Positions 55,246-64,000 of a stretch of DNA of 64,000 bases are shown piece by piece. The DNA lies in contig JAEPNP010000001.1 in NCBI GenBank assembly GCA_017643395.1, forward strand, positions 267,806 through 331,805, read 5' to 3'. The first letter of the stretch is position 1. The number at the start of each line of letters is the position of its first letter. Source of the stretch: Rhodothermales bacterium (GTDB lineage Bacteria > Bacteroidota > Rhodothermia > Rhodothermales > UBA10348). The translations under genes were made by a program, and so were the position numbers. Under the pieces are notes generated by a model, which saw only the letters and a program-made list of their open reading frames with translations, was not told where the DNA came from and did no database searches.

Positions 55246-55252
55246 ACCGGGT

Positions 55253-56620
55253 ATGCGATCCCCCCTCCTGCTACTTGGTGCACTCCTGACGCTTGTCGCG
55301 CCGGCCTCGGCGCAGCAAACGGCGGCCTACACGTGGGTCCCCGTGCTCGGGGACGGCCCCGTGTACGTCGTGCGCATTGAAGGCCTGATCGACAACGGAC
55401 TGGCGACCTACCTCAATCGTGCGCTGGCCGATGCGGAAGAGGCCGAGGCCTCGGCAGTGGTCTTCCACATGGACACGTTTGGTGGCCTGGTGGACGCCGC
55501 GGACGAGATTCGGCAGGCCATCCTGGACACGCCGATCATCACCATTTCGTTCATCGACAAGAATGCGGCCAGTGCCGGCGCGCTGATTTCCTACGCCGCA
55601 GACCGCATCGTCATGTCCCCCGGATCGTCCATTGGAGCGGCGACCGTGGTGGAAGGCATGGGCGGCGAGGCCGCGCCCGACAAGTACCAGAGCTACATGC
55701 GCGGGCTGATGCGGGCCACCGCGGAGGCCAACGGCCGCGACCCCGACATCGCCGAAGCCATGGTGGACGAGACCCTGGAGGTACCGGGGGTGTCGGAGGC
55801 CGGCAAGGTGCTGACGCTTTCAGCGTCCGAAGCGCTTGAGGTCGGTGTGGCCGATGCGGTCATCGACAATCTGGACCGGGTCCTGGAAGCCCTGGAGGTG
55901 ACCGAAGACCGCGTGGTTTCCCACAACGCGACGCGGGTGGAGGCTCTGCTGCGATTCCTGGGATCGCCGGTCATGCAGTCGATCCTGATGCTCATGATGC
56001 TTGGGGGCCTGTATTTCGAGCTGCAGACGCCCGGCGTAGGCTTTGCCGGCGCGATGGCCCTGCTCGGTGCGGCGATGTTCTTCGGACCGCACTACATCAT
56101 GGGCCTGGTGGAATCCTGGGAGCTGATCCTGTTTGTGCTCGGGGTCGGCCTGTTATTGGTGGAGATCTTTGTCCTGCCGGGATTCGGCGTGGCCGGGCTT
56201 TCCGGCGCTGCCCTGGTGATCGTATCGCTGGGCTTTTCGCTGGTCGGCAACGTGGGGCTGGACTTCCCGAGCCTGGTCTGGATGAATGAGGCCATCTGGA
56301 CCCTGGCCATCACGCTGGTGCTGGCCGTAGTGCTCATGTTCTCTCTGGCGCGATGGCTGCCGAGTTCGGAGCGGTTCTCGCGCCTGGTGCTGGCACCGGA
56401 GTTGTCCAGCGCGGCCGGCTTCACGTCGGCGGACACAGACGATACGCTGCTCGGCAAGGTGGGACGGGCCCTTACGCCGCTGCGTCCAGCGGGTGTGGCC
56501 AGCTTCGACGACCAGCGCGTCGATGTGGTGACAGCGGGCGAGTACATCGACGCAGGCGCGACGGTGCGCGTGGTCAGCGCCCGTGGCGCAAGGGTCGAGG
56601 TACGGGAGGTCGCGGGTTAA
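55253..56620 (+). CDS. NfeD family membrane-bound ClpP-class serine protease
   Basis: Signal peptide. ClpP/crotonase-like domain (...DTFGGLVDAA..., NAASAGALIS). 4-5 TM helices. C-terminal OB-fold (GKVGRALTPLRPAGVASFDDQRVDVV). Confidence 0.85.
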   Translation: MRSPLLLLGALLTLVAPASAQQTAAYTWVPVLGDGPVYVVRIEGLIDNGLATYLNRALADAEEAEASAVVFHMDTFGGLVDAADEIRQAILDTPIITISFIDKNAASAGALISYAADRIVMSPGSSIGAATVVEGMGGEAAPDKYQSYMRGLMRATAEANGRDPDIAEAMVDETLEVPGVSEAGKVLTLSASEALEVGVADAVIDNLDRVLEALEVTEDRVVSHNATRVEALLRFLGSPVMQSILMLMMLGGLYFELQTPGVGFAGAMALLGAAMFFGPHYIMGLVESWELILFVLGVGLLLVEIFVLPGFGVAGLSGAALVIVSLGFSLVGNVGLDFPSLVWMNEAIWTLAITLVLAVVLMFSLARWLPSSERFSRLVLAPELSSAAGFTSADTDDTLLGKVGRALTPLRPAGVASFDDQRVDVVTAGEYIDAGATVRVVSARGARVEVREVAG

Positions 56621-56684
56621 TTTTCCCCGCGTGCAACAAAGCCCTTCCGGCTCGTAGACTGCGTCTTACCCTAAGTCCGACCGC

Positions 56685-57188
56685 GTGGAACTCGTAATCC
56701 CCATCGCCCTCATCCTGTTGGGTCTCGCCCTGATCGCGGCGGAGGTCTACCTGGTGCCGGGAATCAACATTTTCGGCATCGTGGGGCTGGTTCTCATTGT
56801 GTTCGCGGTCGGCTACGTCTTCACCGAGTCCGGCCCGATGGGTGGCATGGTGACCCTGCTCGGAGCCGGCGCGGCATGCGGCCTGATGTTCTGGGGCATG
56901 TGGCAATCGGGGGCCTGGGAGCGGTTTGTCCTGTCCACCAGCCTTGGGCGAGGCTCCGGGGGCGGCGAGCGTGAGTCCGAGCAGCGCTCCACGTACCTTG
57001 GCAAGCAGGGATTGGCCCTTACCCCGCTGCGGCCCACCGGTGTCGTCGAGATTGAAGGCAAGCGCATCGAAGTGGTCACCGAAGGCGAGTTCATCTCTTC
57101 GGGGAGCTGGGTGCGCGTGGTAGCCATGGATCGCCGGCGCTTCTTCGTGCGCCTGGCAGACACGGCGCTGGAGACCCCCGCCACCTGA
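56685..57188 (+). CDS. NfeD family protein (short form: TM + OB-fold)
   Basis: Three TM helices, then GKQGLALTPLRPTGVVEIEGKRIEVVTEGEFI (NfeD C-terminal OB). GTG start. Confidence 0.75.
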   Translation: MELVIPIALILLGLALIAAEVYLVPGINIFGIVGLVLIVFAVGYVFTESGPMGGMVTLLGAGAACGLMFWGMWQSGAWERFVLSTSLGRGSGGGERESEQRSTYLGKQGLALTPLRPTGVVEIEGKRIEVVTEGEFISSGSWVRVVAMDRRRFFVRLADTALETPAT

Positions 57189-57321
57189 GCTCGGCACGGC
57201 CTGGCGGGTTGCGGGAAGGCCGGCTCCTCGACGCGCGGCGCAACTTTTCTTCCGTCCACGGGTCCATTTTGTGCCCCTTTGCGGGTCCATCGCACGCTTG
57301 TAGCACCTGCCTTCCGCGCCT

Positions 57322-58044
57322 GTGCGCCTCTGGTACCCTCTGCTCTTGTTCGCCCTGCTGCTCCCGATAGCAGGTTGTTCAGAGCCGGAGCCTGTCGATC
57401 TGAGTCTGCCGGAGGTCTGGCAGTCGGATCTCGGCGTGCGCTGGTGGATCTCCGGGACCGACACCTCCCGTGCGTTTCGGGACCTGGAAACCCTCCAGTC
57501 GATGGGTGTCGACGAAAAGCCCATCGTTTATGATGCTACCGTGGCCCTTACCGCAGCGGCCAACGTGAGTCAGGACCGGTTGGTGCGATATGTGAAGCAG
57601 AGCCTGCTGCCGCTCTTCCGGAACCAGCCGGATGTGGTTGACTCCCTGTTTGATGCCTACGTGACGCCCAAAATCCTCCGAGAGGGTACTTCTGGAGATC
57701 CGGGAGCCGACGTCGCGCGCTTCAAGCGGGATGGATTCCGCATCATCTACCGGCACTACCACGAGCCGCGCACGATTCTGAAGCTGGGCGAGGACATCCC
57801 CATTTCCATTCCGGATTCCCTCAAGGTCACCGCCGGGGGGCGCGCGGTGTCGTTCCAGGTTTATGTGAACGAGGAGGGCGTGCCCGCCGCCATCGAGCAG
57901 CTTTCCGGCGTTCATCCGGTGCTGGACCGCATCGCCCTCCTGAGCACCATCGAGATGCGCTGGCAGCCCGCCTATCTGCTGCGCGGCCGCAAGTCGGAGG
58001 CCATCCCGTCGTGGGTGCGCTTCCGGATTCGTTTCCCGTCCTAG
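57322..58044 (+). CDS. Hypothetical lipoprotein
   Basis: GTG start. Lipobox IAGC. 240 aa. Confidence 0.5.
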   Translation: MRLWYPLLLFALLLPIAGCSEPEPVDLSLPEVWQSDLGVRWWISGTDTSRAFRDLETLQSMGVDEKPIVYDATVALTAAANVSQDRLVRYVKQSLLPLFRNQPDVVDSLFDAYVTPKILREGTSGDPGADVARFKRDGFRIIYRHYHEPRTILKLGEDIPISIPDSLKVTAGGRAVSFQVYVNEEGVPAAIEQLSGVHPVLDRIALLSTIEMRWQPAYLLRGRKSEAIPSWVRFRIRFPS

Positions 58045-58203
58045 AAGCCTGATGAATAAGTAGAGTGCGCCAGGCTGCGCGCGCCGGGATGTCAGATGCT
58101 AGGCGTCGTGACGAGGAATAGCAGCGCTATTCGGAGGAGCGACAACGACGCAGATGGCGTTCCGCCGCCGCAGAATGGTGTGCTGGACTTGTTCAACAGG
58201 CTT

Positions 58204-59532
58204 CTAAACTCCCGCCGCGATCGCCCCGGCAATGGTGGCGGTCATCATGTTGGCGAGCGTACCGGCGAGCACAGCCTTGAGTCCCAACGCGGCCAGTTCA
58301 CCCGTTCTGGACGGCGCCAGTGGCCCAATGCCCCCGATCTGGATGGCGATGGACGACAGGTTGGCGAACCCGCAAAGCGCAAATGTGGCCATGATGGTGG
58401 CCTTGCTGCCGAGCGTGCCCTCGGCGATCGCGCCTGCCATCTCGAGGTAGGCCACAAATTCGTTGACGATCACTTTGGTACCGAGAAGGCTGCCGAACTG
58501 CACGGCATCCGCCCATGGCACGCCAATCAGCCACGCCACCGGAGCCACGGTCCAGCCGAGTAGCTGCTGCAGTGTCAGCTCAGCGCCAAAGAAGCCCGCA
58601 CCCCAGCCCAGGATGTAGTTGATCATGGCGATCATGGCCAGGAAGGCGATAAGCATGCCGCCCACGTTGATGGCCAGCTTGACCCCATCGACCGCGCCAC
58701 TCGCGATGGCATCGATGGAGTTGGCTGCCGTCTTCTCGGTGGGGATGCTGACCTTGCCTCTGGTGACGGGCTCGCCGATCTCGGGGATGATGATCTTGGC
58801 CAGGATCAGCGCGGCGGGCGCCGCCATGACACTGGCACCCAGCAGGTGCTCGGCAAAGATGAGGCGCCCCTCGGCCAGCTCCAGGCCCCGCGCCGCCGCG
58901 TAGGGGTCGCCGAGCATCTGGATGTAAGCGGCCATGACGCCACCGGCGATCGTGGCCATACCGCCCGTCATGATGGCCATCAGCTCGGAGTATGTCATCT
59001 TCTCCAGGTACGGCCGGATCACCAGCGGCGCCTCCGTCTGCCCGACGAAGATGTTGGCCGTCACCGAGAGAGATTCGGCGCCGGACGTGCCGAGAAACTT
59101 GGACACCGCCCACGCCATGTACTGCACCACCTTCTGCATGACGCCCAGGTGGTAGAGCAGCGCCATCAGGGAGCCGAAGAAGATGATTGTCGGCAGTACC
59201 TGGAAGGCAAAGAAATTGCCCAGGCTGCCATCTGTGCCCGGGCTCAGTGCCAGCGGACCGAATATGAACTCGGCTCCTTCCGTGGTGAACTCCAGCACCA
59301 CGACAAAGAAGGAACTGACCCACGAAAAGAAAGCCTTGGGCCATGCCAGGGGCGCGAAGACCTCGCCCATGGCGGCCCCTTTCAACAGGAAGATTGCCAG
59401 CACCAGCTGCAGTCCCAGGCCAGCGGCCACCATGCGCCAGTTGACGCTGCGGCGGTTGTTGGACATGGCCAGGGCGATGCCCAGAATGACCGTAATGCCG
59501 AGCAGGCCGCGAAGGATGGATTCCAGACTCAT
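58204..59532 (-). CDS. nupC: NupC/NupG (CNT) family nucleoside transporter
   Basis: Typical CNT N-terminus (LRGLLGI.VILGIA...S.NRR.INW) and conserved C-terminal domain (G.KV..NEFVAY, CGFAN.SSI.I). Start at the ATG at 59532. Confidence 0.9.
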   Translation of the reverse strand: MSLESILRGLLGITVILGIALAMSNNRRSVNWRMVAAGLGLQLVLAIFLLKGAAMGEVFAPLAWPKAFFSWVSSFFVVVLEFTTEGAEFIFGPLALSPGTDGSLGNFFAFQVLPTIIFFGSLMALLYHLGVMQKVVQYMAWAVSKFLGTSGAESLSVTANIFVGQTEAPLVIRPYLEKMTYSELMAIMTGGMATIAGGVMAAYIQMLGDPYAAARGLELAEGRLIFAEHLLGASVMAAPAALILAKIIIPEIGEPVTRGKVSIPTEKTAANSIDAIASGAVDGVKLAINVGGMLIAFLAMIAMINYILGWGAGFFGAELTLQQLLGWTVAPVAWLIGVPWADAVQFGSLLGTKVIVNEFVAYLEMAGAIAEGTLGSKATIMATFALCGFANLSSIAIQIGGIGPLAPSRTGELAALGLKAVLAGTLANMMTATIAGAIAAGV

Positions 59533-59675
59533 GGGTGGGGTGGTTTGGGCTGGGGGCGCAGCGACCCGCGAATATACACGCTTGTGGAAAGCTGGCCGGC
59601 TTCGGTTGAAACCCCCTCCGCCCAGGGCGATTCCATGTGGTCTGGTCCCGAGCCCCTTCGAACCCGCCCGACTGA

Positions 59676-62051
59676 ATGAAGCAGTACAGCCTCCTCCCTG
59701 ATCTCGACAAGCCGTCTGAACTGGCCACCAGCGACATCCTGGATGGCCTGAACGAGGCCCAGCAGGAGGCGGCATCGACCACGGAGGGCCCGCTGCTGAT
59801 CATTGCCGGCCCCGGTTCGGGAAAGACGCGCACGCTGACGCACCGGATCGCCTATCTGCTGGCGTCCGGCAAGGCGCGGCCGCATCAGATCCTGGCCATC
59901 ACCTTCACGAACAAGGCGGCCCGCGAGATGCGGCACCGGGTGTTCGAGCTGATCGGCGATGAGGCCAAAGGCATGACCATCGGCACCTTCCACGCCACGT
60001 TTGCGCGCGTGCTGCGCAAGGAAGGAAAGCACATCGGATACACGTCCGACTTCTCGATCTACGACTCGGACGACACGCAGCGGGCGCTGAGGGAACTGCT
60101 GAACCAGCACAACATCGATCCGAAGCAGTTTTCGCCGCGGGCCATGTACGGCCTGATTTCCAGCGCCAAGAACCGGCTGGTCAAACCCAGCGAGTACGCC
60201 AGGCTGGCGATCGGCCCCGCCCAGGAGAAAGCGGCAAAGATCTACGGACCGTACCAGGATCTGCTCAGGCGATCCAACGCCATGGATTTCGATGACCTGC
60301 TGCTGAAGCCCATCGAACTCTATCGCAATCACCCGGAGATTCTGGAGAAGTACCGCGGCTTCTGGCGCTACATCCACATCGACGAATACCAGGACACCAA
60401 CCACGCGCAGTACACGCTGGCCAAACTGCTGGCGGACGGCCACCAGAACCTGTGTGTGGTGGGTGACGATGCGCAGTCCATCTACGCCTTCCGCGGTGCG
60501 GACATCGGCAACATCCTGTCCTTTCAGCGGGACTATCCGGAGGCCAAGACGGTGCGGCTCGAGCAGAACTATCGCTCGACCAAGTCCATCGTGGCGCTGG
60601 CCGATGCCATCATCAAGGGCAATACGCGGCAGCTGGAGAAGAAACTCTGGACCGACAATGACGAGGGTTCGCCCATCATTGTCATGGAGGCGCTATCGGA
60701 GCGGGATGAGGCGCAAAAGATCGAACGGCGGATTCGCGACCTGTGCCTGCGGCATGGCATCCGCTACAAGGACGTGGCCGTGCTCTATCGCACGAATGCG
60801 CAAAGCCGCTCCATTGAGGAGGCCCTGCGACGTGAGGATGTGCCCTACCGCATTGTCGGCGGCGTGTCGTTCTACCAGCGCAAGGAGATCAAGGACGCCA
60901 TCAGCTACATGCGACTGGTGGTCAACCCGCACGACAACGGCAGCCTGAAGCGGGTGATCAACTATCCCACGCGCGGCATCGGCAACAAGAGTCAGGATCT
61001 GCTCTTCTCCTGGGCCGAAGGAGCCGGACTGACCGGCTGGGAGGCGCTCGGTCGCCTGGATGAAGTGCCCGGTCTCTCCAGCAGGGCCCGCAATGCGATG
61101 GGCTCCTTCCGGGACATGATCCAGGGCTTCATCGACAAGGGTGAGTCCGAACCGGCCGGGGATCTGGTGCGCACGATTGTGAACGAGGCCGGGCTGAGCC
61201 ATGAACTCATGCGCGAGCATACGCCGGAGAACCTGGTGCGTCGGGAAAACCTGGAAGAGCTCATCTCAGCCGTCAAGGAGTTCACGGATAACCCCGAGAC
61301 CCCGGACACCGTATCTGCCTTCCTGCAGGAAGTGTCCCTGCTGACGGACGCCGACAGCGGGACCGACTTCGATGACAAGGTCACGCTGATGACCATGCAC
61401 GCGTCGAAGGGGCTGGAGTACAAGACCGTGTTCGTCACCGGCCTGGAGGAAGGGCTGTTTCCGCTGTCGGGCGCGGCGCAGGACCCGGAGGAGCTGGAGG
61501 AAGAGCGGCGCCTGTTCTATGTGGGCGCGACCCGCGCCGAGCGGTACCTGTACCTGTCGTATGCGCGGAGCCGGTACCGGTACGGCGAGCATCAGTCCGG
61601 CGTGCGCAGCCGATTCCTGGATGAGCTTGGCGAGGGCCTGCTGCAGACCGAGGCCGGCGGCACGTTTTCTCCCAAGCAGGACCGCTTCAAGGCCAAAGGT
61701 GGCAAAGGGTCCTACACCGAGATGGACCCGTTCTACTATCGGCGTCCGCTGGGTGGGCAGAAGGGGCCGTCCGAGAAGGGCCGCACGCACGATACCCGCG
61801 GAATGCGAGGCGGGACGCGGAGATCGGCGCAGAGCGCATCGCCCGCACCCGCCGGCCGACGGATTGTATATGACGCCGAGCATTCCGGCGACCTGGCAGC
61901 CGGCATGCAGGTAGAGCACGGCACGTTCGGCGAAGGCCGCATTGTGGCCATCGAGGGCAACGGGCCCCAGGCGAAGGCGGTGGTGTTCTTCAACGAGGTC
62001 GGTGAGAAGAAGCTGATGCTGCGGTTCGCCAACCTGCAACGCATTGGATGA
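59676..62051 (+). CDS. pcrA: ATP-dependent DNA helicase PcrA/UvrD
   Basis: Motifs AGPGSGKT, TFTNKAAREM, IDEYQDTN, VGDDAQSIYAFRGA, YRS, TMHASKGLEY, YVGATRA. C-terminal Tudor-like tail. Confidence 0.93.
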   Translation: MKQYSLLPDLDKPSELATSDILDGLNEAQQEAASTTEGPLLIIAGPGSGKTRTLTHRIAYLLASGKARPHQILAITFTNKAAREMRHRVFELIGDEAKGMTIGTFHATFARVLRKEGKHIGYTSDFSIYDSDDTQRALRELLNQHNIDPKQFSPRAMYGLISSAKNRLVKPSEYARLAIGPAQEKAAKIYGPYQDLLRRSNAMDFDDLLLKPIELYRNHPEILEKYRGFWRYIHIDEYQDTNHAQYTLAKLLADGHQNLCVVGDDAQSIYAFRGADIGNILSFQRDYPEAKTVRLEQNYRSTKSIVALADAIIKGNTRQLEKKLWTDNDEGSPIIVMEALSERDEAQKIERRIRDLCLRHGIRYKDVAVLYRTNAQSRSIEEALRREDVPYRIVGGVSFYQRKEIKDAISYMRLVVNPHDNGSLKRVINYPTRGIGNKSQDLLFSWAEGAGLTGWEALGRLDEVPGLSSRARNAMGSFRDMIQGFIDKGESEPAGDLVRTIVNEAGLSHELMREHTPENLVRRENLEELISAVKEFTDNPETPDTVSAFLQEVSLLTDADSGTDFDDKVTLMTMHASKGLEYKTVFVTGLEEGLFPLSGAAQDPEELEEERRLFYVGATRAERYLYLSYARSRYRYGEHQSGVRSRFLDELGEGLLQTEAGGTFSPKQDRFKAKGGKGSYTEMDPFYYRRPLGGQKGPSEKGRTHDTRGMRGGTRRSAQSASPAPAGRRIVYDAEHSGDLAAGMQVEHGTFGEGRIVAIEGNGPQAKAVVFFNEVGEKKLMLRFANLQRIG

Positions 62052-63073
62052 TCATGCGCGCTTCCCTGCTGCTGCTCCTGTTTCTGGTCGGCTGTGCCGG
62101 CGACTCCCGCGACCTGCTTGTGGTGTATTCGCCGCACGGCAAGGAAATGCTGGGCGAGTACGAGTTGGCGTTTGAGGCGCGGTATCCGAGCGTGGACGTG
62201 CGCTGGATCGACATGGGCGGACAGGATGCGTATGACCGTATTCGCACCGAGGCCGCCAACCCGCAGGCCAGCATCTGGTGGGGCGGCGACAGCCCGACAT
62301 TTTCCAAGGCGGCGGCCGAGGGGCTGCTCGAACCCTATCGCCCGTCATGGGCCGATGCCGTGCCCGAGGGCTCGCGGGATGCCGAGGATCGGTGGTATGC
62401 AACGTACCTGACGCCCGAGGTGATCATGTACAACTCGCGAACGGTCGAGGAGGGTGAGCGACCCGTGGACTGGGACGACCTGCTCGAGCCTGAGTGGAAT
62501 GACCGCATCATCATTCGGTACCCGCTGGCGTCGTCAACCATGCGCACCATCTGGGGCGCGCTGATCATGCGGCAGCCGACGGTGCAGGACGGCTACAACT
62601 GGCTCGCGCGATTGGACGTGAACACCAAGACCTACACCGCCGACCCCACGCAGCTGTACCTGAAGCTGGCGCGTGAGGAGGGCGACGTGTCGCTATGGAA
62701 TCTGCCCGATACGCAGATTCAGTCGTCGCTGAATGGCTATCCGTTCGGATTCGCGGTGCCGAGTTCCGGCACCCCCATTCTGAACGATGGGATCGCGCTT
62801 GTTCGTGGAGGCTCGAATCCCGACATGGCGCGCGCGTTCTACGAGTTTGTGACGTCGGACTCGGCGTTGGTGCAGCAGGCCGAGACCTACTTCCGCATCC
62901 CGGTTCGGCAGGATATCGGGGCGGAGCGGCTGCCGGAATGGATGGCATCGCCGATCGTGCCGATGGATGTCGACTGGGGTCGGCTGGAGATTGAGGGTGC
63001 GCTCTGGATGGAGCACTGGGACCAGCGGATTAAGGGGCGCGGGGCGGAGTATCTGGAGGAGTTGGGGGGTTGA
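62048..63073 (+). CDS. ABC transporter periplasmic solute-binding lipoprotein (iron(III)/polyamine-type family 1)
   Basis: Lipobox LVGC. SBP_bac_1-like pattern (VVYSPHG..., WWGGDS). ATGA overlap with the pcrA stop. Confidence 0.72.
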   Translation: MIMRASLLLLLFLVGCAGDSRDLLVVYSPHGKEMLGEYELAFEARYPSVDVRWIDMGGQDAYDRIRTEAANPQASIWWGGDSPTFSKAAAEGLLEPYRPSWADAVPEGSRDAEDRWYATYLTPEVIMYNSRTVEEGERPVDWDDLLEPEWNDRIIIRYPLASSTMRTIWGALIMRQPTVQDGYNWLARLDVNTKTYTADPTQLYLKLAREEGDVSLWNLPDTQIQSSLNGYPFGFAVPSSGTPILNDGIALVRGGSNPDMARAFYEFVTSDSALVQQAETYFRIPVRQDIGAERLPEWMASPIVPMDVDWGRLEIEGALWMEHWDQRIKGRGAEYLEELGG

Positions 63074-64000
63074 GCCGGCTTTTGTTGCTCGTGCTCGCGA
63101 GTGTTTTTGCTGGCGAAGCATCGGGACAGGTTTCGCTGTCAAAGAGCCGACTTCCTTCAGGCTCCATGAGCTCGATTACGGCTCGCATCGTGGATGCTGA
63201 CGGGGCCCATCTGCCAGACGCCAGCTTGTTGCTCACGTGGAGAGGCATCCCGTACATCGGACAGACTGCCGCCGATTCGACGGGATACTTCAGGTACCGG
63301 AGCTATGCGGACTCAGGCGCTGTAGCTCGGCTCATGGCCACGCACGCCGGTTACGAGACGGTGACGCACCTGGAATCGGTGCACTCGGGAGACTCGCTGG
63401 TGATCGAGATCACTCTGCCTCGTCTGGGGGCACTGGATGACCCCCGACGAGGCGTCGAGCGGTCGGTCTCCTTTTCTCTGTTATCGACACCGAACCCGCT
63501 GGAAACGGTCGAAGAAGGTTGGCTCACTGGCGTCGTGGCTCCGGGTGACGCAGCAATTCAGGCTTATCGCGTGCTGCTGAGAGATCACGTCGGGCAGCAG
63601 TGGTCTTCGACGCTGGACGAGGAAGGTCGGTTTGCGTTCAGACTGCCGTCGGGAGTCTATCGCTACGTGCTTTTTGCGGGCCATGGATCGGCGTTTGAGA
63701 CCAGTCTCACGGTGACACGCGGCGATTCCCTCGCTGTGTCCATCGCGGCTTCCTATCCGCCCTGGACACATTCGAGTTGGAATTACCCCTTGAACCGCGG
63801 GATGCGCACGCTCGAGGAATTCGATGTCCCGGGTGCATTGGGAGTGGTCACGGGAGCGGTCAGCGCCGACAACGGATATCCCCCGAATGTGACGAGGACA
63901 GGCGAAAGTCTTGTCTTCTTCCGAAGCCAGGACGGTGTCCTTCAGGCACTGGCGAGAACCGGCGAAGACGGATCGTTTGTAGTCGGTCTGCAGCCCGGCA
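63070..64000 (+). CDS. Secreted protein with repeated carboxypeptidase-regulatory-like (CarboxypepD_reg) domains, 3'-partial
   Basis: Open frame from the TTG at 63070 to the window edge (not in the ORF track). Signal peptide LLLLVLASVFAGEASGQ. Three units of the type I.G.V.D..G..L..A.V........T...G.F.....PG.Y. Confidence 0.5.
   Translation, partial: MSRLLLLVLASVFAGEASGQVSLSKSRLPSGSMSSITARIVDADGAHLPDASLLLTWRGIPYIGQTAADSTGYFRYRSYADSGAVARLMATHAGYETVTHLESVHSGDSLVIEITLPRLGALDDPRRGVERSVSFSLLSTPNPLETVEEGWLTGVVAPGDAAIQAYRVLLRDHVGQQWSSTLDEEGRFAFRLPSGVYRYVLFAGHGSAFETSLTVTRGDSLAVSIAASYPPWTHSSWNYPLNRGMRTLEEFDVPGALGVVTGAVSADNGYPPNVTRTGESLVFFRSQDGVLQALARTGEDGSFVVGLQPG

Noticed and set aside
59676-62051. 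Whether the second UvrD-family helicase in the window is part of a defence pair
   Set aside because: It has the full canonical PcrA/UvrD motif set, core-like GC and housekeeping neighbours. There is no adjacent OLD/nuclease partner.
1-64000. CRISPR arrays, rRNA, tRNA, IS elements/transposases, prophage genes
   Set aside because: Reading both strands, I saw no regularly spaced direct repeats, no rRNA-like conserved blocks, no cloverleaf-compatible T-loop other than the tmRNA, and no transposase, integrase or phage structural ORFs.

Overview
This is a high-GC bacterial chromosomal window. Hand-counted core lines give about 63-67% GC. The tmRNA tag (...DYSYAMAA), a bS22-like AURKAIP1/COX24-type micro-ORF and many lipoproteins suggest a Bacteroidota/Rhodothermota-like (Salinibacter/Rhodothermus-type) organism, but that is an inference only.

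Most of the window is ordinary housekeeping or envelope genes:
- ABC exporter, UbiB kinase
- a secreted-hydrolase operon with a divergent MalT/LuxR regulator
- FtsX permease, S9 peptidase, RCK potassium channel
- udk, coaX-birA, suhB, fabI, an L,D-transpeptidase, an NfeD pair, nupC, pcrA

The outstanding region is a lower-GC block of about 11.5 kb (roughly 32.45-44.3 kb) that abuts the 3' end of the tmRNA gene ssrA (44363..44729, minus strand). It carries seven co-directional minus-strand genes:
- a Gabija-like pair: an OLD-family ATPase/Toprim nuclease and a UvrD-like helicase, with an 8-nt start/stop overlap
- an orphan all-helical 210-aa protein
- a tightly coupled four-gene cassette, herA-like ATPase / mre11(sbcD)-like nuclease / rad50(sbcC)-like ATPase with a CPVC zinc hook / nurA-like nuclease, in the archaeal-type gene order

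I flag this HerA-Mre11-Rad50-NurA cassette, sitting in a defence-island context, as the best candidate for an undescribed anti-mobile-element system. It could instead be simply a horizontally acquired DNA end-resection module.

A second, weaker accessory patch (about 21-27.4 kb) holds a DUF433/DUF5615 toxin-antitoxin-like pair, an FGE-type enzyme, a truncated FKBP-like remnant, and a TetR-regulated membrane protein with tandem operator-like palindromes.

I saw no rRNA, tRNA, CRISPR array, transposase or integrase. All homology statements come from motif recognition by eye and memory. No database search was run.
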